Shown here one piece after another: positions 45,946 to 59,122 of a stretch of DNA of 64,000 bases. Under the pieces are notes generated by a model, which was not told the DNA's origin, searched no databases, and was given only the letters and a program-made list of their open reading frames with translations. The first letter of the stretch is position 1. Each line of letters begins with the position of its first letter. The translations under genes and the position numbers were made by a program. Source of the stretch: the human T2T-CHM13v2.0 reference genome, Homo sapiens; assembly GCF_009914755.1 (NCBI RefSeq), contig NC_060926.1, one strand, 5' to 3'.

Positions 45946-48900
45946 AATCATCATCGAATGGAACCAAATAGAATCATCAGATGGACTCGAAAGGAATCAT
46001 TGAATGGACTCGAATGGAGTTGTCATCGAATGGAATCAAATGGAATCATCGAACAGAATTGAATCGAATCCTCATTGAATGAAATCAAATGGAATCATCG
46101 AATGGACTCGAATGGAAGCAATATCAAATGGAATCGAAAGGAATCATGGAATGCATTCAAAGGGAATAATCAAATGGACTCAAATGGAATCAACATCAAG
46201 TGGAATCGAAAGGAATCATCGAATGGACAGGAATGGAATCATCATCGAATGGAATCGAATGGAATCATCGAATGGACATGAATGGAATCACTATCCAATG
46301 GAACCGAATGGAATCATCATGGAATGGAACCGGAAGGAGTCGTCATCAAATGGAATCCAATGAAATCATTGAATGGACTCGAATGGAATCATCATCAACT
46401 GGAATTGAATGGAATCATCGAACGGACTCCAGTGGAATCATCGGAGAATGGAATCGAATGGAATTATCAAACGGACTCAAATGGAATAAACTTTGAATGG
46501 AATCGAGGGGAATCATCAAATGGAATCGAATGCAATCATCGAACGGAATCGAATGGCATCACCGAATGGAATCCAATGGAATCACCATTGAATGGACTCG
46601 AATGGAATCATCATTGAATGGAATCGAATGGAATCATCGAATGGACTCGAATGGAATCATCATCAATTGGAATCAAATGGAATCATCGAATGGAATCGAA
46701 AGGAATCATCATCAACTGTAATGAACTGGAATCATTGAATGGAATCGAATGGAATCGTCATCAAAAATAATCGAATAGAATAATCAAATGGAATCAAATG
46801 CAATCAACATCAAATGGAATCGAATGGAATCCTAGAATGACATCGAATGGAATCCTCATCGAATGGAATCAAAGGGAATCAATATCGAATGGAATCGAAA
46901 GCAATCATTGAATGGACTTGAATACAATCATCAAATGGATTTGAAGGGAATCCTCATTGAATGGAATAGAACAAAAACATTGAATGGACACGAATGGAAT
47001 CATCATCGAATGGAATCAAATGGAGTCATCAAATGGACTCGAATGGAATCATCATCAAATGGGATCATCATCAAATGGAATCGAATTGAGTCATCGAATG
47101 GACACGAATGAATGAACAAATGGACTCGAATGGAAACATCAAATAGAATCGAATGGAATCATCGAAAGGAATTGAATGGAATTATTGAATGGACTCGAAT
47201 GGAATCATCTAATGGACACGAATGGAATAATCATAAAATGGAATCGAATGGAATCATCAAATGGACTCGAATGAATGGAATCATTGAATGGACTCGAATG
47301 GAATCATCGAATGGACTCAAATGGAATCATCATCAAATGGACTCGAATGGAATCATCACATGGAATCAAACCGAATCGTCATCGAATGGAATCGAATGGA
47401 ATCATCGAATGGAATTGAAGGCAATCATCATAGAATGGAATCGAATGGAATCATCATCAAATGGAATCAAGCGGAAGGAATCATCAAATGGAATCAAATG
47501 GAATCATTGTTGAATGGAATGGAATGGAATCATTGAATGGAATTGAATGGGATCACCAATGAACGGAATCAAATGGAATCATCTTCTAATGGAATCGAAA
47601 GGAATCATCAAATACACTCGAATGGAATCATCATCGAATGGAATCGTGTGGAATCGTCGAATGAACTGGAAATGAATCATAATCAAATGCAATTAAAATG
47701 AATCATCATCGAAAGGAATCACATGGAATCATCATCGAATGGAATCATGTGGAAACATCACAGAATGGAATTGAATGGAATCATCAGTTGGACTCGAATG
47801 GAATCATCAAATGTACTCGAAGGGACGCGTCAAATGGACTCGAACGGAATCATCATCGAATGGAATCGAATGGGATCATCGAAAGGACTCGAATCAAATC
47901 TTCAAAAGGACTCAAAGGGAATCATTGTAGAATGGAATTGAATAGATTCATCAGACAGCCTCGAATGGAAACATCATTGAATGGAATTGATTGGAAACAT
48001 CGAATTCACTCGAATGGAATCATCATCTGATGGAATTCAAGGGAATCATCGAATGGACACAAATGGAATCATCATCAAATGGAATCCATTGGAACGATTG
48101 AATGGAGTCGCATGGAATTATCAAATGGAATCGAATGGAATCATCTTTGAATGGAATCAAATGGAATCATCGAATGGAATCGAATGCAATCATCATTGAA
48201 TGGAATCGAATGGAATCATCGAATGGTATCCAAAGGAATCACCATTGAATGCCCTCGCATGGAATCATCATCATATAGAGTAGAAAGGAATCATTGAATG
48301 GACTCGAATGGAACCATCATTGAATAGAATCACCAAATGGAATCAAATGGAATCACCATCAAATGAAATCAAACGGAATCATCAAATGGAATCGAATGGA
48401 ATCATCATTGAATGGATTCGAATAGAATCTTTGAATGAAATTGAATGGAAGCAGCATGAAATGGAATCTAAAGGAATCATAGAATGGTATCGAATGGAAT
48501 CATCGTGGAATGGAATGGAATGGAATGGAATGGAATCAGCATCGAATGGAATCAAAAGCAATCATTCCATGGACTCTAATAGAATCATCGAATAGACTTG
48601 AATGTAATCATCATCGAATGGAGAAGAATGGAATCATCCAATGGACACGAATGGAATCATCCTCGAATGCAATCAAATGGAATCATATAATGGACCCGAA
48701 TGGAATCATCATTGCATGCAATAGAATGGAATCGTCATCGAATGGAATCGTATGGAATCATCTAATGAACCCGAATGGAATCATCGTCGAAATGAATAGA
48801 ATGCAATCATCATCAAATGGAATCGAATGGAATCATCATCAAATAGAATCGAATGGAATCATCAAATGGAATCGAATGGAGTCATTGTCTAATGCAATCG

Positions 48901-51900
48901 AATGAAATCATAGAATGGAATCCCATGGAATCAACATCGAATGGAATCGATTGGAATCATTATCAAATAGAATTGAATGGAATCACTGAATGGAATCATC
49001 ATCAAATGGACTCCAACGGAATCATCGAATTGACTCTAATGGAATCATCACTGAATGGAACAGAACGGAATAATCAAATGGAAACGAATGGAATCATCAT
49101 CGAATGGAATCGAATGGTATCATCAAATGCACTTGAATGGAATCATCAATGAATGCAATCGAATGGTAAAATCGAATGGAATCAAATGGAATCATCTTCG
49201 AGTGGAACCTAAAGGAATCGCCAAATGGACTCCAATGGAATAATCATCATATGGAATCGAGTGGAATCATCGAATGTACTCGAATGGAATCATCGAATGT
49301 ACTCGAATGGAATCATCGAATGGAATCGAATGGAATCATGGTCGAACGGAAAAGAATGGAATCATCAAGTGGACACGAATGGAATCAACATCTAATGGAA
49401 TGGAATGGAATCATCAAATGGAATGGAATGGAATCATCATTGAATGGAATAAAATGGAATAATCAAATGGAATCAAATGGAATAATCAATGAATGGAATC
49501 GAATGGTATCATGGAATGGAATTGAATGGAAACGTCTTTGAGTGGAATCTAAAGGAATCACCGAATGGACTCCAATCATCAGATGGAATCGAGTGGAATC
49601 ATCGAATGTAGTCGAATGCAATCATCATCGAATGGAATTGAATGGAATCAACGAATGGAATACAAAGGAATCATAGAATGGACTCGAATGGAATCATCAT
49701 TGAATGGAATGAAATGGAATCATCATGGAATGGAATTGAATGGAATCATGGAATGGACTCAAATGGAATCATCATCGAATGAAATCGTATGGAATCATCG
49801 AATGCAACTGAATGGAATCATTGAATGGACTTGAAAGGAATTATTATGGAATGGAATTGAATGGAATCATTGAATGGACTTGAAAGGAATCATCATCAAG
49901 TGGAATCGAATGGAATCGTTGAATGGACTCGAATTGAATCTTTGAATGGAATCGAATGGAATCATCATTGAATGGAGTCAAATGGAATCATCATCAAATG
50001 GAATTGAATGGAATCTTCATTGAATGGACTCGAATGGAATCATCATCAAATGGAATCTAATCGAATCATCAATGAAGGGAATCGAATGGAATCATCATCG
50101 AATGGAATCGAATGGAATCATCAACAAGTGGAAACGAATGAAATCATCGAATGGAATCCAATGGTGTCATCGAATGGACACGAAAGGAATCATCGAATGG
50201 AATCAAATGGAATCACCATCGAATGAAATCAAATGGAATCACCATCGAATGGAATCTTATGAAATCATCTCATGGACTCTAAGGGAATCATCATCGAATG
50301 GAATCGAATGGAATCATTGAATGAAATGGAAAGGAATCACCATCGAATGGAATGTTATGGAATCTTCTAATGGACTCGAAGGGAATCATCATCGAATGGA
50401 ATCGAATGGAATCATTGAATGGAATTGAATGGAATCATCATCAAATGGAATCGAATGGAATCATCGAATGGAATCTGAATGGAATCATCAATGAATGGAA
50501 TCAAATGGAATCATCTAATGGACGTGAATGGAATCATCATCGAAAGCAATGAAATGTAATTCAATCGAATGGACATGAATGGAATCATCATTGAATGGAA
50601 TCAAATGGAATCCTCATCGAATGGAATCGAATGGAATCATCAAATGGAATAGAATGGAGTCATCGTCGAATGTAATCGAATGTAATCATCGAATGGCATC
50701 GAATGGAATCATCGACTGGAAAAGAATGGAATCATCATCGAATGGAAATGAATAGAATCACAGAATGAAATCGAATGGAATCATCATCGAATGGAGTCTA
50801 ATGGAATAATCATCGAATGGAATAGAATGGAATCATCGAGTGGACACGAATGGAATCATCATTGAATGCAATCGAATAGAATCATCAAATGGACTTGAAT
50901 GGAAACAACATCGAATGGAATCGAATTTAGTCATTGAATGGCATTGAGTGGAATCATCATTGAATGGAATCTAAGGAAATCATCGAATGGACTTGAGTGG
51001 AATCATCGAATGGACTGGAGTGGAATCATCGAATGGACTCGAGGGGAATCATCATTGAATGGAATCTAGTGGAATCATTGAATGGACTCGAATGGAATAA
51101 TCGAATGGGCTTGAGTGGAATCATCATCAAATGGAATCAAATGGAATCATCAAATGGACTTGAATGGAAACAACATCGAATGGAATCGAATTTAGTCATT
51201 GAATTGCACTGAGTGGAATCATCATTGAATGGAATCTAAGGAAATCATCGAATGGACTCGAGTGGAATCATCGAATGGACTCGAGGGGAATCATCATCGA
51301 ATGGAATGGACTGTAATCATCGATTGGACTCGAATGGAATCATCATTGAATGGAATCGAATGGAATCAACGAATGGACTCGAATAGAATCATCATCAAAT
51401 GGAATCGAATGGAATCAAAGAATGGACTCTAATGGAGTCATCATCAAATGGAATCTAATGGAATCATCTAATGGACCTGAAAGGAATCATCATTGAATGG
51501 AATCGAATGGAATCATCGAATGGACTCGAATGGAATCATCATCGAATGGAATCTAATGGAATCATTGAATGGACTCGAATGGAATAATCGAATGGGCTTG
51601 AGTGGAATCATCATCAAATGGAATCGAATGCAATCATCAAATGGACTCGAATGGAATCATCGTCAAATGGAATCGAATGGAATCATCATCAAAGGGAATC
51701 GAATGGAATCCTCATCGAATGGAATCGAACGGAATCATCATCGAATGGAATCACCAAATTGAATCGAATGGAATGATCGTCAAAGACAATCGAAGGGAAA
51801 CATCGAATGGGATTGAACGGAGTCATCGAATGGAATCGATAGGAATCATCGAATGGATTCAAATGCAATCATCATCAAATGGAAACGAACGGAATCATCG

Positions 51901-52558
51901 AATGGACACGAATGGAATAATCATCAAATAGATTTGAATGGAATCATCAAATGGCATCGAATGGAATCACCATTGAATGGAATCGAATGGAATCATCGAA
52001 TGGCATCGAATGGAATCATCATCGAATAAAATCAAATGGAATAATCGAATGTACTCGAATGGAATCATCAAATGGATTTGAGAGGAATCATCATCGAATG
52101 GAATTGAACAGAATCATCAAATGGACTCGAATGGAATCCTCATTGAATGGAATCGAATGGAATCATTCAATGGAGTCGAATGGAATAATCAGCAAATGGA
52201 ATCGAATGGAATCATTGAATATCAACGAATGGAATCATCATCGAATGGAGTCGAATGGAATCATCAAACGAACTCGAATGCAATCATCATAGAATGGAAT
52301 CGAATGGAATCTTTGAATGGACCTGAATGGAATCATCATCGAATGCAAACGAATGGAATCATCATCAAATGGAATCACATGGAATCATCAAATGGAAAAG
52401 AATTGAATAATCATAGAAAGGAATTGAATAGAATCATCGAATGAAACCGAATGGAATCATCATCGAATGGAATCGAATGGAATCATCATCGAATGCAATT
52501 GAATGGAATCATCATCGAATGGAATCGAATGGAATCACCAACGAATGGAATTCAAAGG
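45946..52558 (+). repeat. ~6.5 kb unit 8 (6613 bp), D-type head with a non-D, A-like tail
   Basis: Matches unit 4 up to ~50.3 kb. From 50422 on it lacks the D variants and carries the A marker AAATAGATTTG (~51926). Confidence 0.85.
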
Positions 52559-55500
52559 AATCATCATCGAATGGAACCAAATAGAATCATCAGATGGACT
52601 CGAAAGGAATCATTGAATGGACTCGAATGGAGTTGTCATCGAATGGAATCAAATGGAATCATCGAACAGAATTGAATCGAATCCTCATTGAATGAAATCA
52701 AATGGAATCATCGAATGGACTCGAATGGAAGCAATATCAAATGGAATCGAAAGGAATCATGGAATGCATTCAAAGGGAATAATCAAATGGACTCAAATGG
52801 AATCAACATCAAGTGGAATCGAAAGGAATCATCGAATGGACAGGAATGGAATCACTATCCAATGGAACCGAATGGAATCATCATGGAATGGAACCGGAAG
52901 GAGTCGTCATCAAATGGAATCCAATGAAATCATTGAATGGACTCGAATGGAATCATCATCAACTGGAATTGAATGGAATCATCGAACGGACTCCAGTGGA
53001 ATCATCGGAGAATGGAATCGAATGGAATTATCAAACGGACTCAAATGGAATAAACTTTGAATGGAATCGAGGGGAATCATCAAATGGAATCGAATGCAAT
53101 CATCGAACGGAATCGAATGGCATCACCGAATGGAATCCAATGGAATCACCATTGAATGGACTCGAATGGAATCATCATTGAATGGAATCGAATGGAATCA
53201 TCGAATGGACTCGAATGGAATCATCATCAATTGGAATCAAATGGAATCATCGAATGGAATCGAAAGGAATCATCATCAACTGTAATGAACTGGAATCATT
53301 GAATGGAATCGAATGGAATCGTCATCAAAAATAATCGAATAGAATAATCAAATGGAATCAAATGCAATCAACATCAAATGGAATCGAATGGAATCCTAGA
53401 ATGACATCGAATGGAATCCTCATCGAATGGAATCAAAGGGAATCAATATCGAATGGAATCGAAAGCAATCATTGAATGGACTTGAATACAATCATCAAAT
53501 GGATTTGAAGGGAATCCTCATTGAATGGAATAGAACAAAAACATTGAATGGACACGAATGGAATCATCATCGAATGGAATCAAATGGAGTCATCAAATGG
53601 ACTCGAATGGAATCATCATCAAATGGGATCATCATCAAATGGAATCGAATGGAGTCATCGAATGGACACGAATGAATGAACAAATGGACTCGAATGGAAA
53701 CATCAAATAGAATCGAATGGAATCATCGAAAGGAATTGAATGGAATTATTGAATGGACTCGAATGGAATCATCTAATGGACACGAATGGAATAATCATAA
53801 AATGGAATCGAATGGAATCATCAAATGGACTCGAATGAATGGAATCATTGAATGGACTCGAATGGAATCATCGAATGGACTCAAATGGAATCATCATCAA
53901 ATGGACTCGAATGGAATCATCACATGGAATCAAACCGAATCGTCATCGAATGGAATCGAATGGAATCATCGAATGGAATTGAAGGCAATCATCATCGAAT
54001 GGAATCGAATGGAATCATCATCAAATGGAATCAAGCGGAAGGAATCATCAAATGGAATCAAATGGAATCATTGTTGAATGGAATGGAATGGAATCATTGA
54101 ATGGAATTGAATGGGATCACCAATGAACGGAATCAAATGGAATCATCTTCTAATGGAATCGAAAGGAATCATCAAATACACTCGAATGGAATCATCATCG
54201 AATGGAATCGTGTGGAATCGTCGAATGAACTGGAAATGAATCATAATCAAATGCAATTAAAAGGAATCATCATCGAAAGGAATCACATGGAATCATCATC
54301 GAATGGAATCATGTGGAAACATCACAGAATGGAATTGAATGGAATCATCAGTTGGACTCGAATGGAATCATCAAATGTACTCGAAGGGACGCGTCAAATG
54401 GACTCGAACGGAATCATCATCGAATGGAATCGAATGGGATCATCGAAAGGACTCGAATCAAATCTTCAAAAGGACTCAAAGGGAATCATTGTAGAATGGA
54501 ATTGAATAGATTCATCAGACAGCCTCGAATGGAAACATCATTGAATGGAATTGATTGGAAACATCGAATTCACTCGAATGGAATCATCATCTGATGGAAT
54601 TCAAGGGAATCATCGAATGGACACAAATGGAATCATCATCAAATGGAATCCATTGGAACGATTGAATGGAGTCGCATGGAATTATCAAATGGAATCGAAT
54701 GGAATCATCTTTGAATGGAATCAAATGGAATCATCGAATGGAATCGAATGCAATCATCATTGAATGGAATCGAATGGAATCATCGAATGGTATCCAAAGG
54801 AATCACCATTGAATGCCCTCGCATGGAATCATCATCATATAGAGTAGAAAGGAATCATTGAATGGACTCAAATGGAACCATCATTGAATAGAATCACCAA
54901 ATGGAATCAAATGGAATCACCATCAAATGAAATCAAACGGAATCATCAAATGGAATCGAATGGAATCATCATTGAATGGATTCGAATAGAATCTTTGAAT
55001 GAAATTGAATGGAAGCAGCATGAAATGGAATCTAAAGGAATCATAGAATGGTATCGAATGGAATCATCGTGGAATGGAATGGAATGGAATGGAATGGAAT
55101 CAGCATCGAATGGAATCAAAAGCAATCATTCCATGGACTCTAATAGAATCATCGAATAGACTTGAATGTAATCATCATCGAATGGAGAAGAATGGAATCA
55201 TCCAATGGACACGAATGGAATCATCCTCGAATGCAATCAAATGGAATCATATAATGGAACCGAATGGAATCATCATTGCATGCAATAGAATGGAATCGTC
55301 ATCGAATGGAATCGTATGGAATCATCTAATGAACCCGAATGGAATCATCGTCGAAATGAATAGAATGCAATCATCATCAAATGGAATCGAATGGATTCAT
55401 CATCAAATAGAATCGAATGGAATCATCAAAAGGAATCGAATGGAGTCATTGTCTAATGCAATCGAATGAAATCATAGTATGGAATCCCATGAAATCAACA

Positions 55501-58500
55501 TCGAATGGAATCGATTGGAATCATTATCAAATAGAATTGAATGGAATCACTGAATGGAATCATCATCAAATGGACTCCAACGGAATCATCGAATTGACTC
55601 TAATGGAATCATCACTGAATGGAACAGAACGGAATAATCAAATGGAAACGAATGGAATCATCATCGAATGGAATCGAATGGTATCATCAAATGCACTTGA
55701 ATGGAATCATCAATGAATGCAATCGAATGGTATAATCGAATGGAATCAAATGGAATCATCTTCGAGTGGAACCTAAAGGAATCGCCAAATGGACTCCAAT
55801 GGAATAATCATCATATGGAATCGAGTGGAATCATCGAATGTACTCGAATGGAATCATCGAATGTACTCGAATGGAATCATCGAATGGAATCGAATGGAAT
55901 CATGGTCGAACGGAAAAGAATGGAATCATCAAGTGGACACGAATGGAATCAACATCTAATGGAATGGAATGGAATCATCAAATGGAATGGAATGGAATCA
56001 TCATCGAATGGAATAAAATGGAATAATCAAATGGAATCAAATGGAATCATCAATGAATGGAATCGAATGGTATCATGGAATGGAATTGAATGGAATCGTC
56101 TTTGAGTGGAATCTAAAGGAATCACCGAATGGACTCCAATCATCAGATTGAATCGAGTGGAATCATCGAATGTAGTCGAATGCAATCATCATCGAATGGA
56201 ATTGAATGGAATCAACGAATGGAATACAAAGGAATCATAGAATGGACTCGAATGGAATCATCATTGAATGGAATGAAATGGAATCATCATGGAATGGAAT
56301 TGAATGGAATCATGGAATGGACTCAAATGGAATCATCATCGAATGAAATCGTATGGAATCATCGAATGTAACTGAATGGAATCATTGAATGGACTTGAAA
56401 GGAATTATTATGGAATGGAATTGAATGGAATCATTGAATGGACTTGAAAGGAATCATCATCAAGTGGAATCGAATGGAATCGTTGAATGGACTCGAATTG
56501 AATCTTTGAATGGAATCGAATGGAATCATCATTGAATGGAGTCAAATGGAATCATCATCAAATGGAATTGAATGGAATCTTCATTGAATGGACTCGAATG
56601 GAATCATCATCAAATGGAATCTAATCGAATCATCAATGAAGGGAATCGAATGGAATCATCATCGAATGGAATCGAATGGAATCATCAACAAGTGGAAACG
56701 AATGAAATCATCGAATGGAATCCAATGGTGTCATCGAATGGACACGAAAGGAATCATCGAATGGAATCAAATGGAATCACCATCGAATGAAATCAAATGG
56801 AATCACCATCGAATGGAATGTTATGAAATCATCTCATGGACTCTAAGGGAATCATCATCGAATGGAATCGAATGGAATCATTGAATGAAATGGAAAGGAA
56901 TCACCATCGAATGGAATGTTATGGAATCTTCTAATGGACTCGAAGGGAATCATCATCGAATGGAATCGAATGGAATCATTGAATGGAATTGAATGGAATC
57001 ATCATCAAATGGAATCGAATGGAATCATCGAATGGAATCTGAATGGAATCATCAATGAATGGAATCAAATGGAATCATCTAATGGACGTGAATGGAATCA
57101 TCATCGAAAGCAATGAAATGTAATTCAATCGAATGGACATGAATGGAATCATCATTGAATGGAATCAAATGGAATCCTCATCGAATGGAATCGAATGGAA
57201 TCATCAAATGGAATAGAATGGAGTCATCGTCGAATGTAATCGAATGTAATCATCGAATGGCATCGAATGGAATCATCGACTGGAAAAGAATGGAATCATC
57301 ATCGAATGGAAATGAATAGAATCACAGAATGAAATCGAATGGAATCATCATCGAATGGAGTCTAATGGAATAATCATCGAATGGAATAGAATGGAATCAT
57401 CGAGTGGACACGAATGGAATCATCATTGAATGCAACCGAATAGAATCATCAAATGGACCTGAATGGAAACAACATCGAATGGAATCGAATTTAGTCATTG
57501 AATGGCATTGAGTGGAATCATCATTGAATGGAATCTAAGGAAATCATCGAATGGACTTGAGTGGAATCATCGAATGGACTGGAGTGGAATCATCGAATGG
57601 ACTCGAGGGGAATCATCATTGAATGGAATCTAGTGGAATCATTGAATGGACTCGAATGGAATAATCGAATGGGCTTGAGTGGAATCATCATCAAATGGAA
57701 TCAAATGGAATCATCAAATGGACTTGAATGGAAACAACATCGAATGGAATCGAATTTAGTCATTGAATTGCACTGAGTGGAATCATCATTGAATGGAATC
57801 TAAGGAAATCATCGAATGGACTCGAGTGGAATCATCGAATGGACTCGAGGGGAATCATCATCGAATGGAATGGACTGTAATCATCGATTGGACTCGAATG
57901 GAATCATCATTGAATGGAATCGAATGGAATCAACGAATGGACTCGAATAGAATCATCATCGAATGGAATCGAATGGAATCAAAGAATGGACCCTAATGGA
58001 GTCATCATCAAATGGAATCTAATGGAATCATCTAATGGTCCTGAAAGGAATCATCATTGAATGGAATCGAATGGAATCATCGAATGGACTCGAATGGAAT
58101 CATCATCGAATGGAATCTAATGGAATCATTTAATGGACTCGAATGGAATAATCGAATGGGCTTGAGTGGAATCATCATCAAATGGAATCGAATGCAATCA
58201 TCAAATGGACTCGAATGGAATCATCGTCAAATGGAATCGAATGGAATCATCATCAAAGGGAATCGAATGGAATCCTCATCGAAAGGAATCAAACGGAATC
58301 ATCATCGAATGGAATCACCAAATTGAATCGAATGGAATGATCGTCAAAGACAATCGAAGGGAAACATCGAATGGGATTGAACAGAGTCATCGAATGGAAT
58401 CGATAGGAATCATCGAATGGATTCAAATGCAATCATCATCAAATGGAAACGAACGGAATCATCGAATGGACACGAATGGAATCATCATCAAATAGGATTG

Positions 58501-59122
58501 AATGGAATCATCAAATGGCATCGAATGGAATCACCATTGAATGGAATCGAATGGAATCATCGAATGGCATCGAATGGAATCATCATCGAATAAAATCAAA
58601 TGGAATAATCGAATGTACTCGAATGGAATCATCAAATGGATTTGAGAGGAATCATCATCGAATGGAATTGAACAGAATCATCAAATGGACTCGAATGGAA
58701 TCCTCATTGAATGGAATCGAATGGAATCATTCAATGGAGTCGAATGGAATCATCAGCAAATGGAATCGAATGGAATCATTGAATATCAACGAATGGAATC
58801 ATCATCGAATGCAGTCGAATGGAATCATCAAACGAACTCGAATGCAATCATCATAGAATGGAATCGAATGGAATCTTTGAATGGACCTGAATGGAATCAT
58901 CATCGATTGCAAACGAATGGAATCATCATCAAATGGAATCACATGGAATCATCAAATGGAAAAGAATGGAATACTCATAGAAAGGAATTGAACAGAATCA
59001 TCGAATGAAACCGAATGGAATCATCATCGAATGGAATCGTATGGAATCATCATTGAATGCAATTGAATGGAATCATCATCGAATGGAATCGAATGGAATC
59101 ATCATCGAATGGAATCGAATGG
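52559..59122 (+). repeat. ~6.5 kb unit 9 (6564 bp), B-like mosaic with a private 49-bp deletion and a diverged tail
   Basis: Anchor 52688->59252. GCATGC at 55278 and GGATTCATCATC (~55393) as in B. Deletion junction at ~52844-52854. Many private substitutions after ~57435. Confidence 0.87.

Larger units (their letters stand above)
1..50421 (+). repeat. 26,279-bp tandem super-repeat (ABCD), about 1.9 copies
   Basis: 6515+6613+6538+6613=26,279. Unit-specific variants recur at exactly this offset. The first mismatch I noticed is 24143 (C) vs 50422 (G). Confidence 0.9.

Noticed and set aside
26280-50421. Dismissing the 26 kb duplication as a pure assembly artefact
   Set aside because: This cannot be excluded without reads. 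However, the second copy ends in an in-register chimeric junction followed by units with private variants, which is compatible with real recombination. It is kept as a finding with that caveat.
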